From NCBI GenBank assembly GCA_026390435.1, contig JAPLFY010000039.1, positions 41,163 through 105,162 on the forward strand: DNA of 64,000 nt. The letters run 5' to 3'. This stretch comes from Pseudomonadota bacterium. Its GTDB lineage: Bacteria > Bdellovibrionota_B > Oligoflexia > Oligoflexales > CAIYRB01. The notes under the pieces are model-generated. The model did not search any database. It was not told the DNA's origin and worked only from the letters and a program-made list of their open reading frames with translations. Below, piece after piece: positions 43,678 through 54,723 of the stretch. A program made the translations under genes and the position numbers. Numbering within the stretch: the stretch's first letter is position 1; each line of letters begins with the position of its first letter.

Positions 43678-45081
43678 CTAGAAGGCGACCAGTTGTGGCG
43701 CCCGAGGACAGGCGATCACGTCGCGTATGTTGCCCATACCTGTTAAGTATTGCACTAAGCGCTCAAAGCCTAAGCCAAAGCCTGCGTGCGGTGCAGAACC
43801 AAACCTTCTTAGATCTAGATACCACTGCAAATCAGCTGTTGGGATATTCATCGCGGCCATGCGCTGCTCGAGCAGTGGTAGGCGTTCTTCGCGCTGGCTA
43901 CCACCGATAATCTCACCAATGCGTGGGGCAAGGACGTCCATCGCGGCGACAGTTTTACCGTCGTCGTTCATGCGCATATAAAAAGCTTTTATTTGCTCAG
44001 GGTAGTCGGTGACGATCACTGGGCCCTTATATACCGTGTCTGTCAGGTAGCGCTCGTGCTCACTTTGAAGGTCTAGGCCCCAGCTAACAGGGAACTCAAA
44101 CTTCTGCTTTGCGCGGCTTAGCTCAGCTACAGCATCGGTATAAGTGATCCTTGTGAAGGGAGACTCCGCCAACTTGGCGATCTCGGCAACGGTGATGGTT
44201 TTGTACTGCTTTTCTAAGAATTCGAGCTCCTGCGGACAGTGTTTGACCACGGCAGCACACATAGCGCGTAAGAACTCTTCGGCTAGTTGCGCATCGTCGG
44301 CCAAGTCAGCAAAAGCCATCTCTGGCTCGATCATCCAGAACTCGGCAAGGTGCCGTGTCGTATTAGAATTCTCAGCACGGAATGTCGGCCCGAAGGTGTA
44401 GATCGAGCCCATGGCCATCGCCATGAATTCGCCTTCTAGCTGCCCAGACACAGTCAAGTGGGTGCGCTTGCCAAAGAAATCTTTGCGATAATCGACTTGC
44501 CCCTTATCGTCTTTTGGTAGTGCGTTTAGGTCGAAGTTTGTGACGGTGAAGAGCTCGCCCGCACCCTCGCAATCGTTAGCGGTGATGATCGGAGTGTGTG
44601 CCCAGATGAAGCCGCGATTTTGGAAAAATTCATGTACGGCATAGGCTAGCGTGTTGCGCACGCGGAACACCGCGCCAAAGGTATTCGAACGTGGACGCAA
44701 GTGGCCAATCTCACGCAAAAACTCTAATGTGTGTCCCTTCTTTTGCAGGGGATAGGTCTCAGGGTCAGCGCCGCCAAAAACGGTTAACTCTTGAGCCAGC
44801 AACTCCACTTTTTGGCCCTTACCCGGTGATTCCCGTAGGACTCCGCGCACACTGATGGCAGCGCCGGTATTGCACTGCGCCAGTTGGCTGAATGGCTGCG
44901 TGTCCACATCGACAATGACTTGGAGGTTGTCTTGAGTCGAACCATCACCCAATACTAAAAAGGCAAAGTTCTTGGCTTCACGTTTACTGCGAACCCAACC
45001 GCAGACCGTGGTGATGGTGCCTGGTGTGCCATTGGTGAGGACTAAAGCAATGCGCTCGCGTTGCATAGATGCAGACTCCAT
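43678..45081 (-). CDS. asnS: Asparagine--tRNA ligase
   Basis: 467 aa, class IIb, with [32 protein letters not shown] and GFGLGFERL. Confidence 0.92.
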   Translation of the reverse strand: MESASMQRERIALVLTNGTPGTITTVCGWVRSKREAKNFAFLVLGDGSTQDNLQVIVDVDTQPFSQLAQCNTGAAISVRGVLRESPGKGQKVELLAQELTVFGGADPETYPLQKKGHTLEFLREIGHLRPRSNTFGAVFRVRNTLAYAVHEFFQNRGFIWAHTPIITANDCEGAGELFTVTNFDLNALPKDDKGQVDYRKDFFGKRTHLTVSGQLEGEFMAMAMGSIYTFGPTFRAENSNTTRHLAEFWMIEPEMAFADLADDAQLAEEFLRAMCAAVVKHCPQELEFLEKQYKTITVAEIAKLAESPFTRITYTDAVAELSRAKQKFEFPVSWGLDLQSEHERYLTDTVYKGPVIVTDYPEQIKAFYMRMNDDGKTVAAMDVLAPRIGEIIGGSQREERLPLLEQRMAAMNIPTADLQWYLDLRRFGSAPHAGFGLGFERLVQYLTGMGNIRDVIACPRAPQLVAF

Positions 45082-45099
45082 TGGAATGTTGAGATCGAC

Positions 45100-46311
45100 T
45101 CAGCTCAGTTGCCGCAATTTTCTTGCTTCCAGGTCGCGTAAGTCTCGCCAAACTGAGAATGGTAAGAACTTGCGCGCTCCATCGGTGGTAGCAACCTGCG
45201 AGTTATAGACTTCGTAATAAACGGCTAGCGTGTTGCGCGCAACACGATACCAGTTAAATTTGCGCACTTGCTCGCGACCTTTGGCGATCAGGTCTTCCCT
45301 GATCTGTGGATTGGTCAGCACTGTGGCCATCGTCTCTGCTAATTGTTCGACATTATAGGGGCTTACCATCAATGCAGCATCGCCGACGACTTCTGGCAAT
45401 GAGGACGTCAGAGTCGTGACTACCGGCACTCCGCTTGCCATGGCCTCGAGAGGCGGCAGGCCGAAACCTTCATAAAGGCTCGGATAGACGAACAAACTAG
45501 CGCGTCGGTAGTAAGTCCGCAGCATCTCGTCATTGACGAAGCCTTTGAATAAGATGTCGTCCTTGAACTTCTTAACTTTCAATCTGACTTCGGCAAAGAG
45601 CGGGCTCTCGCCGCCGATCAATACCAGTTTTGGTTTTAATTCTGGGTGCTTGCTGCGCATTAATTCGTATGCTTCCAGCAGCGTCCCAATGTTTTTTCTA
45701 GGCTCCAGGGAGCCTACATAGAGAATGTAATCTTCCAGGTCCCAGTCCTGCGGCTTGGGCTCTTCGCCGTTGTTGGCGGTGAAGAGGTCGTCCACGGCCC
45801 AGTAAACTTGACTCACCCGCTCAGCGGGTAGGTTACAAAACTGCAGTAAGTCATTTCGCGAATTGTTGCTATTCGTGATGACCTTGGCGGCACGACGAGC
45901 CAAGCGCGGTATGACAAAGTTATACAGCGTCCGAAATGAGAAACTGAACCACTGTGGATTCACGACGAAGCAAAGATCATGAATGTGCACGATCGACCGC
46001 CCGCGGTAGAATAGCGGAGCTAAATTAGCCGGAGAGTGCAGGATGTCGATTTGGTGCTTCTCAGCCAGGCGCGGTAAAGAGAATTGTTCCCAGAGATGAT
46101 TGCGAAAGTTTTCGCCTTCACGAATGTTGGAAGCGATGACTTTAACGTTTGGATAGTTCCAGTCTGGGTTATTTGCCTGATCGGCAGAGGTGAAGAGGTA
46201 GTACTCGTTCACATGATCGACGCGTACCAGGGCTTTTATGAGGTTGTATGCGGCGCGTTGAACGCCAGTCCGCTTGGCTGCTAGAAATCTACCGTTAATA
46301 CCAATTCTCAT
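45100..46311 (-). CDS. Glycosyltransferase family 4
   Basis: It begins MRIGINGRFL... and carries YPSLYEGFGLPPLEAMASGVPVV. The ATG at 46309-46311 overlaps the upstream stop (ATGA). The gene ends 18 nt before asnS. Confidence 0.8.
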   Translation of the reverse strand: MRIGINGRFLAAKRTGVQRAAYNLIKALVRVDHVNEYYLFTSADQANNPDWNYPNVKVIASNIREGENFRNHLWEQFSLPRLAEKHQIDILHSPANLAPLFYRGRSIVHIHDLCFVVNPQWFSFSFRTLYNFVIPRLARRAAKVITNSNNSRNDLLQFCNLPAERVSQVYWAVDDLFTANNGEEPKPQDWDLEDYILYVGSLEPRKNIGTLLEAYELMRSKHPELKPKLVLIGGESPLFAEVRLKVKKFKDDILFKGFVNDEMLRTYYRRASLFVYPSLYEGFGLPPLEAMASGVPVVTTLTSSLPEVVGDAALMVSPYNVEQLAETMATVLTNPQIREDLIAKGREQVRKFNWYRVARNTLAVYYEVYNSQVATTDGARKFLPFSVWRDLRDLEARKLRQLS

Positions 46312-47441
46312 GTCGGCTCTACTCGCTTCACCGCGCTGGCTTTGTCGCTGACACGACATTTCTTGTAGATCTCGACGGTTTGATCGGTCATCGCTTGCCA
46401 TGAAAAGCGACGCGCATGCTGCACGCCAAATTGTGATAGGCGCTGACGCAAGCCCTCATCCCGAACGCCGAGCTCTAGTGCTCTCGCGATGTCTTGATAG
46501 TCAAAAGGATCGGTGAAAATCGCACTGTCACCCACGACCTCGGGGAGGCTCGATGAATGCGCGACGACAACCGGCGCACCGCAGGCTAAGGCCTCAAGCG
46601 GCGGTAAACCGAATCCTTCGTATGTTGATGGATAGACGAATAAATGTGTCATCGAGTAAACGCTAGGCAAATGCTCTTCCGCAATAAACTTAGAAAAGTA
46701 GATGAGATGCTTTTTGCCGTAGTTCTCAGCAATCCGAATAAGGCTGGCGTCAACTGGGCATGCCAATACTAGCGGAATAGTCACTTGCGAATGGCAGTAG
46801 GCGCGCACAAGCTGGTGCACATTCTTGTGCGGCTTATTGTTCGACAAGCAGAGGATGAACCGTTCTGGCAACTCGTATAAGTCCCGGACGTATTCCAAAT
46901 ACTCAAGATCGGTGACTGGCTGATAGTTGGCCGACACGCCGTTGTAGGTGACAAAGATTTTATCTGGCGAAATAGAGAGATTGCGAACGATCTCATCTTT
47001 AGAAAAATTGCTGACTGTGAGGATGTAGTCGGACCTGCGAATACAACTACGGACGAAGAGCTGGTAATAGAACTGGTGGAACGGCGTATAAAACTGCGGC
47101 AGTACCATGTGATTTAAGTCATGGATGGTCATGACCAAGCGGCATGGGCAGACCAGAGGTGCCATAAACGACGGCGCATGGAAAAGATCGGCCTTAATCT
47201 CATGGAGGAGTCGTGGCAGCTCCCACTGCTGACGCAGGCTCATCCAGCTGCCCTGCACCGTTTTGAGCTGCATGTGCTTAGGCCAGGTCAGACTCTCGAG
47301 TGGGCTGTGCGGGTTGATAATGATGAAGTAATCATCAGTAGCACCGTTGTTAGCAAGACACATCAGCAGCTCGTACACGTAGCGAGCAATGCCATGCATA
47401 CTGCCTGGGTTGATCATCCTGGCATCGATTGCGATTCGCAC
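46308..47441 (-). CDS. Glycosyltransferase family 4
   Basis: It begins MRIAIDARMINPGSMHGIARY and carries YPSTYEGFGLPPLEALACGAPVV. Confidence 0.8.
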   Translation of the reverse strand: MRIAIDARMINPGSMHGIARYVYELLMCLANNGATDDYFIIINPHSPLESLTWPKHMQLKTVQGSWMSLRQQWELPRLLHEIKADLFHAPSFMAPLVCPCRLVMTIHDLNHMVLPQFYTPFHQFYYQLFVRSCIRRSDYILTVSNFSKDEIVRNLSISPDKIFVTYNGVSANYQPVTDLEYLEYVRDLYELPERFILCLSNNKPHKNVHQLVRAYCHSQVTIPLVLACPVDASLIRIAENYGKKHLIYFSKFIAEEHLPSVYSMTHLFVYPSTYEGFGLPPLEALACGAPVVVAHSSSLPEVVGDSAIFTDPFDYQDIARALELGVRDEGLRQRLSQFGVQHARRFSWQAMTDQTVEIYKKCRVSDKASAVKRVEPT

Positions 47442-47535
47442 CGGTCCCCCTGCTTAACGAGATCCAAAGTATCACAGTTGGATCTTGCGTTAGCAAGGTG
47501 AAGTTCGCGCGATACCCGTAGATTAGAGGCGGCCT

Positions 47536-48276
47536 TTAAATAACGAAACCGACCTCAATGCCGAACTCAGCCGTCGTTTGGAAGCGGTGCAAGAGGTGTT
47601 CTTTGTCATTGTCGGTCAATGGCACCAAGGGGTTGCCGTTCGTTCCCCCTCCCGAGCTATCTTTAACTGTCGCCTGGTAATGTTTGGCGCCGATATAAGT
47701 ACCTATTAATAATGGATATTCACTGCCGACGTAGCGGTATCCGATGCGCGCGTGACCGGTTGGTCCGGAGAGCGCTGCGTTGTGGTGGATCAGGGCGGCA
47801 TCGACTAAGGTGCTGCCGGCAGCGTTGCTCGGCTGACGCCAATCGACATTTTCCTCATGATATCCGAGGCCCCCACCGTAATAAAAACCTGCCATGGTAA
47901 ACGGGCGAGTGTAGCGGAAGAGAAAGAGGGAAACTTGTCCCCCTTTGGTCATCATTGATTCACCGGTGCGTTCGAGTGCGGCTTTGGACGCATCCTCACC
48001 GGTGCGTTCAGTGCTACCTTCAAGTGCCAGTGAGGCGATACCATAAAGATTGAGTTCTAAGCGACCGACCGGACCGCGTTCGGTCGAGGCTATAGGCAGT
48101 CCCACGAGGAGTGAGCGATAGGTGCCACCGCCGTCTGTGCGTCGTCCAGACACAGATAGCTGACCGTTTTGCCGACTCTGAGCAAGGGCAGCCTGTGAAT
48201 TCAATAAGAAGGCAAAGCCAAGCGCAGCAGCTTGTAACCGAACGACGAAACGACGATTCTGCGGTGACGTTGCCAT
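47536..48276 (-). CDS. Hypothetical outer-membrane/secreted beta-rich protein
   Basis: The signal peptide is RLQAAALGFAFLLNSQAALAQ. The protein is rich in Gly and aromatic residues, which suggests beta strands, and ends ...EVGFVI. I recognise no family. Confidence 0.5.
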   Translation of the reverse strand: MATSPQNRRFVVRLQAAALGFAFLLNSQAALAQSRQNGQLSVSGRRTDGGGTYRSLLVGLPIASTERGPVGRLELNLYGIASLALEGSTERTGEDASKAALERTGESMMTKGGQVSLFLFRYTRPFTMAGFYYGGGLGYHEENVDWRQPSNAAGSTLVDAALIHHNAALSGPTGHARIGYRYVGSEYPLLIGTYIGAKHYQATVKDSSGGGTNGNPLVPLTDNDKEHLLHRFQTTAEFGIEVGFVI

Positions 48277-48470
48277 AGATGCCTCTTGGTGAGTACTTAG
48301 CGTTAGGCGGCTGAAGGCTGGTGGGATCGGATAGCCTTAGTAATAGTTTAGCCCAGTAACTCAGGCGAGCGAAGCGGCAGTATTTGCCTAGCTCGAGTCG
48401 CAGCTTCGCGTTAATGTCAAAGTCTCAGTTAAACTTATAGCTTGCTTGCATCGATCGTGAGGATGGCCGC

Positions 48471-49229
48471 ATGTTGGTGATTGCTCATCGCGGAGCGAAC
48501 AAAGAGGCTCTGGAGAACAGCTGGTCTGCATTTGCGAAGGCGGTCGAGTGCGGTGCCCAGCGCATTGAACTCGATGTGCAGCTGAGCAAAGACGGTCATG
48601 CTGTGATCATGCATGATGACGATATGTTCAAGACGACTGGGCAACATGTCCATATTTCCCGGCTGGAACGATCTGAGCTGCGCACCATTAAGCTGCGCAA
48701 TGGCGAACCACTGCCGTTTTTAGATGAAGTGATCGAACGGTTATTGCCGCAGATCGAACTGAACATCGAAATCAAGGGTGAATCCGAGCAACTGGCAGCG
48801 GTGGTTGCCAATTTGGTAGCTAAAAACCCCCGTCGTGAGCGCGTGATTGTGTCGTGTTTTCAGTCCCCACCCCTAGTCTGGCTAAGGCGTAATGCGCCGG
48901 AAGTACAGCGGGCTTGTCTCTGGAGTTTGGACACATACTCTTGGCCGTTCTTCGCCACCTTGGCGCCGACAGTCTTTCTCGAGATAGCAGGGACGAACAT
49001 TCTGCATCCGCATACAAGTTTGGTTGACTATAATTTGATGGATCAAGCCGCAGCGCGTAACTGGCGGGTTTATGCGTGGGCGGAAATGGTGGGCGAAGAT
49101 CATGACCGCGAGGGTCTTTGGACCACTTTAAAGACCTTTGGTCTGCACGGTCTGTGTACAAATTATCCGCGAGAACTCACACAATGGCTCAAGGAGTCTG
49201 CTGCTTATGACCAGCTCATCCATGACTAA
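48471..49229 (+). CDS. Glycerophosphodiester phosphodiesterase
   Basis: The GDPD motifs VIAHRGA..ENS and ELDVQLSKDGHAVIMHDDD are present. Confidence 0.85.
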   Translation: MLVIAHRGANKEALENSWSAFAKAVECGAQRIELDVQLSKDGHAVIMHDDDMFKTTGQHVHISRLERSELRTIKLRNGEPLPFLDEVIERLLPQIELNIEIKGESEQLAAVVANLVAKNPRRERVIVSCFQSPPLVWLRRNAPEVQRACLWSLDTYSWPFFATLAPTVFLEIAGTNILHPHTSLVDYNLMDQAAARNWRVYAWAEMVGEDHDREGLWTTLKTFGLHGLCTNYPRELTQWLKESAAYDQLIHD

Positions 49230-50142
49230 GTTTGAAGATATTGATGCGGTTACGCGCAGGTTTGAGATCAGCAAGCTAAAGGCTCCAAAAGGCTCGGTGG
49301 ATCTTCGCTATGGCGTCTACAAGCAAGACAGCGAGCCGAGTCAATACGTGGTGTTCCTTAACGGACGCTCCGAGTGGATTGAAAAATATGCTTATCTCGC
49401 GGCAGATCTGGCTTTGCCTGCGGGCACCGGCTTTCTCACCTGGGACCATCGCGGTCAGGGTGCCTCCGGTGGCTCGCGTGCGCACATTGATGATTACGAA
49501 ACCTTTGTTCAGGATGCGGGGCACGTGATCGGCAGCGTCGTCGGTGACAAGCCTTACATATTAATGGCTCATTCGATGGGAGCGCTGATTTCGTTATACG
49601 GGACACTCAAGGGAGTATTGAAGCCGCAAGCACTAGTGCTCGGATCGCCTCTGCTGGGTCTGCCAAATCGCCCGGTACCTAGGCCTCTGGCTAAGCCTTT
49701 GTCGAAACTTCTGACGCAGGTGGGGCTCGGTCCCTGCAGTTCCGGAGCTGGTGGGTTTGAAGCTGCGCCCTTTGCCGATAATATTTTGACCCATAGCCCC
49801 GACCTTTATCAGCGCATCGTTGCGGGACCTTACAAACTACCTGGGGCCACATTTGGCTGGGTATCGGCGTCTTTCCAGGCTATCGATGTTTGTTTTAATC
49901 CGAATTATTTGGCCAGATTGTCTGTGCCGACACTAGTTTTAGGTGCGGCAGAGGAGTCTGTAGTCGATCCAGACTGCGCCAGTAATTGGGTGCGGGTGGC
50001 GAGTCAGCATGCCAAGGGTGATGTGCAGCTTAACGTGGTGCACGGTGCTAGGCACGAGCTCTTCTCAGAGCTGCCTAGACTGTACGAGGGTGCTATTCAA
50101 AGCGCCCGTTCATGGATTTTCTCCCACATGTCGGCGCGTTAA
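49222..50142 (+). CDS. Alpha/beta hydrolase (lysophospholipase / monoacylglycerol-lipase-like)
   Basis: It has the nucleophile elbow AHSMGA and a HRGQG oxyanion-region motif. The ATG at 49222 overlaps the GDPD stop (ATGACTAA). An alternative in-frame ATG lies at 49207. Confidence 0.75.
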   Translation: MTKFEDIDAVTRRFEISKLKAPKGSVDLRYGVYKQDSEPSQYVVFLNGRSEWIEKYAYLAADLALPAGTGFLTWDHRGQGASGGSRAHIDDYETFVQDAGHVIGSVVGDKPYILMAHSMGALISLYGTLKGVLKPQALVLGSPLLGLPNRPVPRPLAKPLSKLLTQVGLGPCSSGAGGFEAAPFADNILTHSPDLYQRIVAGPYKLPGATFGWVSASFQAIDVCFNPNYLARLSVPTLVLGAAEESVVDPDCASNWVRVASQHAKGDVQLNVVHGARHELFSELPRLYEGAIQSARSWIFSHMSAR

Positions 50143-51405
50143 ATCGGCATCAATCAGCCAGTCACGGTCTAGCGCCGTGATTCTGGTGTTTTTAAACTCG
50201 GCCTCAAGCTTACCGGCACCAAAATAGAGTGCGTCCTGGCCGCCGAGTAATTTAGGAGCCTGAAACAAGTGCAGATGATTGACAGCTTCAGCGTTTAAGA
50301 ACGGTGTGTAAGTACCTAAGCCGCCCTCAATCAGCACGCTGGTGATACCTCTAGCGTGGAGAGCGGTCAGGATATCCACCGGCGCGAATGTGCCCGTTTG
50401 GTTCGTCGCTAAGGCGATGGTTTGAAGGCCTTTTTCGGTAAGCTCTTGCTTTGCTGAAGTAGCTTCGGGATCGAGTTGTTGACAGGTAATCCACAGCACG
50501 GCTTCGGGGGTGTGGCCCAAGATCCGCCACCCCTTGTCTGGCTTGGATTTCAGTCCTCGGCCATCAGGATCGAGCACGACCCTAAGTGGGCTTCGGCCGG
50601 GCCAAAGTGAGTCACGTGCATCGAGTGCGGGGTCATCGGCTATTAAGGTGCCGGCGCCAATCAGGATCGCGTCATAGTAGACGCGCAGGAAATGGCCATA
50701 GGCGCGGGCACGCGGTCCAGTGATCCAAGCGCGGCGATCACCTTGGCGGGCCATCACGCCGTCAGCCGAGGTTGCCACTTTTAGGCCGACAAAAGGTGAG
50801 TTATGCCGCATGTTCCAGAGGAAAATCTCCGCCAGCTGCTCGCATTCCGCCGCCCAGTTGGCGTCGTGTTCGCAATTAACGCCGGCTGCGTGCAATACGG
50901 CGACGCCACGCCCACTCACTTTGGGATTGGGATCGACGACGCCATAGACAACGCGACTGACGCCGCATTCAGCCACTTGCGGCGCGCAGGCAGGGGTGCG
51001 GTTGCTGTGGGCGCATGGCTCGAGCGTGACATACATGGTGCCGCCCTTGAGCTTAGTACTCAGGCCGGCCAGCTTGGCTGCTGCTAGTGCGTTAATTTCC
51101 GCATGAGCATGGCCCACGCGTTCATGCGCTCCGGCGCTAATGAACCGGTGCTCGCTATCGACGCAGACGGCGCCAACGAGTGGATTTGGGGAAACGTTGC
51201 CCATGCCGCGGTGGGCAATCAGTAGGGCTAGTCGCTTTGCCTCAGTCGGTGTGATGGGGGTACCAGCCGATGGTAAAGCCAATGTTGCAACAGCATAATC
51301 TAAGGCTGTATCTGCGATACTTAGTTTGGACCCCGAAGGGCTATTTTCGCTCATGCGCGCGATGCTAGCACAAGCCATTTGGGATTGCACCGGTGGCCAT
51401 TTCAT
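50110..51405 (-). CDS. ribD: Bifunctional riboflavin biosynthesis deaminase/reductase
   Basis: The deaminase zinc motifs HAEINAL and TLEPCAH are followed by a C-terminal reductase domain. The start is uncertain (ATG at 51405, 51378 or 51354). Every option leaves an unusually long N-terminal leader before the conserved PNPLVGAV block. Confidence 0.85.
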   Translation of the reverse strand: MKWPPVQSQMACASIARMSENSPSGSKLSIADTALDYAVATLALPSAGTPITPTEAKRLALLIAHRGMGNVSPNPLVGAVCVDSEHRFISAGAHERVGHAHAEINALAAAKLAGLSTKLKGGTMYVTLEPCAHSNRTPACAPQVAECGVSRVVYGVVDPNPKVSGRGVAVLHAAGVNCEHDANWAAECEQLAEIFLWNMRHNSPFVGLKVATSADGVMARQGDRRAWITGPRARAYGHFLRVYYDAILIGAGTLIADDPALDARDSLWPGRSPLRVVLDPDGRGLKSKPDKGWRILGHTPEAVLWITCQQLDPEATSAKQELTEKGLQTIALATNQTGTFAPVDILTALHARGITSVLIEGGLGTYTPFLNAEAVNHLHLFQAPKLLGGQDALYFGAGKLEAEFKNTRITALDRDWLIDADLTRRHVGENP

Positions 51406-51572
51406 CGCTAGCAGATCGGGTTCCGCTGCTAATCTTGCACAGATTTCTTGGTCTTTGATGAGCGCAGCCCCTAACTCCTGCTACCAAAGCCGGGCAAAGT
51501 AGGTAAAATGGGGCGAAGCCCGGCTAAGCCGGAGTTTGGCGCTATCGTTCCATTCGATCCTGTGGGGACTTT

Positions 51573-54269
51573 ATGACTACCTCTACTGATAGCTTTCGCG
51601 CGCTCGACACCCTAAGCGTGGGTGGTAAGACCTACCGCTTTGCGAGCTTGAAAAAGGCCGCTGCTGGCGGACTCGGTGACATTACTCGCTTGCCTTTGTC
51701 GCTAAAGGTACTGCTTGAGAACCTGCTCCGTCACGAAGATGGCCACATCGTCACTAAGGCCGATATTACGGCTATGGCAACCTGGCTACAAACTAAGACC
51801 TCGACGCATGAAGTCGCTTTTTACCCAGCCCGTGTGCTGATGCAGGACTTCACTGGCGTGCCGGCGGTTGTCGACTTGGCGGCTATGCGTGAAGCGATGG
51901 TTAAAGTCGGTGGCGACCCCAAGAAAATTAACCCGCTGAAGCCAGTTGACCTGGTGATTGACCATTCCGTAACCGTCGACAAGGCCGGGACTGCCGATGC
52001 CTTTGACGTGAACGTGAATTTGGAGTTCGATCGCAACGGCGAGCGTTATGAGTTTTTAAAATGGGCACAGACGGCCTTTGATAATTTCACCGTGGTCCCA
52101 CCAGGAACCGGCATTTGTCACCAGGTGAATTTAGAGTACCTAGCACGCGTCGCCTTCCGCGCTAAGGATCCTGACGGTAGTAATGATGAGTGGGTCTATC
52201 CTGATACCCTCGTCGGTACCGACAGCCATACCACCATGGTCAACGGTCTAGCCGTGCTCGGATGGGGCGTCGGCGGCATTGAAGCTGAGGCAGCAATGTT
52301 AGCGCAGCCGCTGTCGATGGTGATTCCGGAAGTTGTAGGCTTCCGACTCAAAGGTACTTTGCCGGAAGGTGCAACGGCTACTGACTTGGTTTTGACCGTG
52401 ACCGAAATGCTGCGCAAAAAAGGCGTGGTCGGTAAGTTTGTCGAGTTCTTCGGCGACGGCTTGAACAACCTGTCTCTGGCAGATCGCGCCACCATCGCTA
52501 ATATGGCTCCTGAGTACGGGGCTACTTGTGGGTTCTTCCCGATCGATGATGAAACTCTGCGTTACCTGCGCTTTACCGGCCGCGATGATGCCCAGGTTGC
52601 TCTCGTTGAAGCTTATGCTAAGGCGCAAGGGTTCTGGCGTGATCCATCAGCTGCAGAGCCAGTATTTACCGATGTGCTAGAACTAGACTTGGGTTGCGTA
52701 GAGCCGAGCTTGGCGGGTCCGCGTCGTCCCCAAGATCGCGTCGCTCTCAAGGGTGTGGTTGCTGGCTTTAACAAAGAGCTGCACGGTAACTTCAAAGTTA
52801 GCGAAGCTAACGCCAATCAGACCTCACCGGTTGCGGGTTCTGACTTTGCGCTAGAGCACGGCTCTGTAGTCATTGCAGCGATCACCAGCTGCACGAACAC
52901 CTCTAACCCCGCCGTAATGCTTGCCGCCGGACTGGTCGCGAAAAAGGCCGTTGAAAAGGGCCTGTGCGTCAAACCATGGGTTAAGACCTCTCTAGCACCA
53001 GGCTCGCAAGTAGTTACCGACTACTATCTAGCGGCAGGACTTACTCAGTACCTCGACCAACTTGGGTTCAACCTAGTCGGTTACGGCTGTACGACCTGTA
53101 TCGGCAACAGTGGACCGCTGCAGGACTCTATTGCTGCTGCTGTTCACGCCAAAGACCTAGTTTGTGCCGCGGTGCTGTCCGGTAACCGCAACTTCGAAGG
53201 CCGAATCGGCCCGGACGTTAAAGCGAACTACCTGGCATCGCCGCCTCTCGTCGTTGCTTATGCTATCGCTGGTAACATCAAAGTCGATCTGACCAAGGAT
53301 GCACTCGGCACCGGTAAAGATGGCAAGCCCGTTTACTTGAAAGACATCTGGCCAACTAACGCCGAGATTCAAGCTGCGATCACCAAGGGGCTAAGTCCCG
53401 AGATGTTCCGCAAGCGTTACGCTAACGTCGCTAAGGGCCCAACACAGTGGCAAGCCGTTAAAGTTAGCGGCGGCTTCTCCTTTAAGTGGGACGAGAAGAG
53501 CACGTACGTTCGTAATCCGCCTTATTTCGTCGGTATGGCGAAGCAGCCAGCGGAACTGGTTGACGTAAAAGGCGCTCGTCCACTTGCCATCCTTGGCGAT
53601 AGCGTCACTACGGACCACATTTCACCGGCCGGGTCGATTAAAGATTCTAGTCCAGCTGGTCAGTACTTGTTGAGTCACGGGGTAAAAAAGGCCGACTTCA
53701 ACTCTTACGGCGCCCGTCGCGGTAACCACGAAGTCATGATGCGCGGTACGTTTGCTAACATCCGTCTGCGCAATGAGATGCTAGCTGGGATCGAAGGTGG
53801 CGTGACCAAGCATATGCCGGACGGAAAACAGCTTTCTATTTACGACGCAGCGATGCAGTACCAGGCAGAGAAGACTCCGCTCGTGATCGTTGCCGGTAAA
53901 GAATACGGCACCGGCTCGTCGCGCGACTGGGCTGCGAAGGGTACCATGCTGCTAGGTGTCAAAGCTGTCTTGGCGGAAAGTTTTGAGCGGATTCACCGTT
54001 CCAATCTGATTGGAATGGGCGTTTTGCCGCTGCAGTTCCTGGCGGATCAAAGCCGCGTCACCCTAAAGCTAGTGGGTACAGAGACCTTCGATATTTTGGG
54101 TGTAAGTAAGCTGGCTCCTCGCTCAGAAGTAGATGTTGTGATCCATCGTGCCGATGGCTCGACAGACAAAGTGCGCGCTAAGTGCCGCATTGATACTGCT
54201 GACGAGCTTGAGTACTACCGTAACGGCGGCATCTTGCATTACACCGTAAGGAAGTTGAGTGGTCACTGA
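51573..54269 (+). CDS. acnA: Aconitate hydratase A
   Basis: 898 aa, with [12 protein letters not shown]. The Fe-S ligand contexts [10 protein letters not shown] and [12 protein letters not shown] are present, as is [16 protein letters not shown]. Confidence 0.95.
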   Translation: MTTSTDSFRALDTLSVGGKTYRFASLKKAAAGGLGDITRLPLSLKVLLENLLRHEDGHIVTKADITAMATWLQTKTSTHEVAFYPARVLMQDFTGVPAVVDLAAMREAMVKVGGDPKKINPLKPVDLVIDHSVTVDKAGTADAFDVNVNLEFDRNGERYEFLKWAQTAFDNFTVVPPGTGICHQVNLEYLARVAFRAKDPDGSNDEWVYPDTLVGTDSHTTMVNGLAVLGWGVGGIEAEAAMLAQPLSMVIPEVVGFRLKGTLPEGATATDLVLTVTEMLRKKGVVGKFVEFFGDGLNNLSLADRATIANMAPEYGATCGFFPIDDETLRYLRFTGRDDAQVALVEAYAKAQGFWRDPSAAEPVFTDVLELDLGCVEPSLAGPRRPQDRVALKGVVAGFNKELHGNFKVSEANANQTSPVAGSDFALEHGSVVIAAITSCTNTSNPAVMLAAGLVAKKAVEKGLCVKPWVKTSLAPGSQVVTDYYLAAGLTQYLDQLGFNLVGYGCTTCIGNSGPLQDSIAAAVHAKDLVCAAVLSGNRNFEGRIGPDVKANYLASPPLVVAYAIAGNIKVDLTKDALGTGKDGKPVYLKDIWPTNAEIQAAITKGLSPEMFRKRYANVAKGPTQWQAVKVSGGFSFKWDEKSTYVRNPPYFVGMAKQPAELVDVKGARPLAILGDSVTTDHISPAGSIKDSSPAGQYLLSHGVKKADFNSYGARRGNHEVMMRGTFANIRLRNEMLAGIEGGVTKHMPDGKQLSIYDAAMQYQAEKTPLVIVAGKEYGTGSSRDWAAKGTMLLGVKAVLAESFERIHRSNLIGMGVLPLQFLADQSRVTLKLVGTETFDILGVSKLAPRSEVDVVIHRADGSTDKVRAKCRIDTADELEYYRNGGILHYTVRKLSGH

Positions 54270-54717
54270 ATTGCGCATTCGTGACGCTACGGTTAAAGAT
54301 CTGCCTGTGCTAGTCCGTTTCAATGCCGCTTTGGCGTGGGACACGGAACAGCGCAAGCTAAGTCCAGAGACGCTAAGCGCTGGGATTACCCGCGCTCTAG
54401 CGGCTCCGGAACTCTGTCGTTATTACGTGGCCGATGTCGATGGCAAAGTGATCGGACAGACCATGGTCACCTTTGAAGTCACGGATTGGGAAGATGGTTT
54501 GGTCCATTGGATCCAAAGCGTCTTTGTCGATCCCGAGCATCGCGGACGGGGTGTCTTCCGTCAGCTTTATCAGCACGTAGTGAACACGGCGACGGCTAGT
54601 GGTGATGGCCGCCGTGTTCGGCTCTATGTCGAAAAAGATAACGACACTGCAATCGCTACTTATGAGCGACTCGGAATGCATCAGGCTCACTTTCACATTT
54701 ACGAAACCAAACTCTAG
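54259..54717 (+). CDS. GNAT-family N-acetyltransferase
   Basis: It has an acetyl-CoA-binding-type motif, [17 protein letters not shown]. The GTG start overlaps the end of acnA, so the exact start is uncertain. Confidence 0.7.
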   Translation: MVTELRIRDATVKDLPVLVRFNAALAWDTEQRKLSPETLSAGITRALAAPELCRYYVADVDGKVIGQTMVTFEVTDWEDGLVHWIQSVFVDPEHRGRGVFRQLYQHVVNTATASGDGRRVRLYVEKDNDTAIATYERLGMHQAHFHIYETKL

Positions 54718-54723
54718 GACCGG

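Noticed and set aside
51406-51572. FMN (RFN) riboswitch upstream of ribD
   Set aside because: Neither strand shows the conserved FMN-aptamer core segments as I remember them, and the region is short. An Infernal scan would be needed to exclude it formally.
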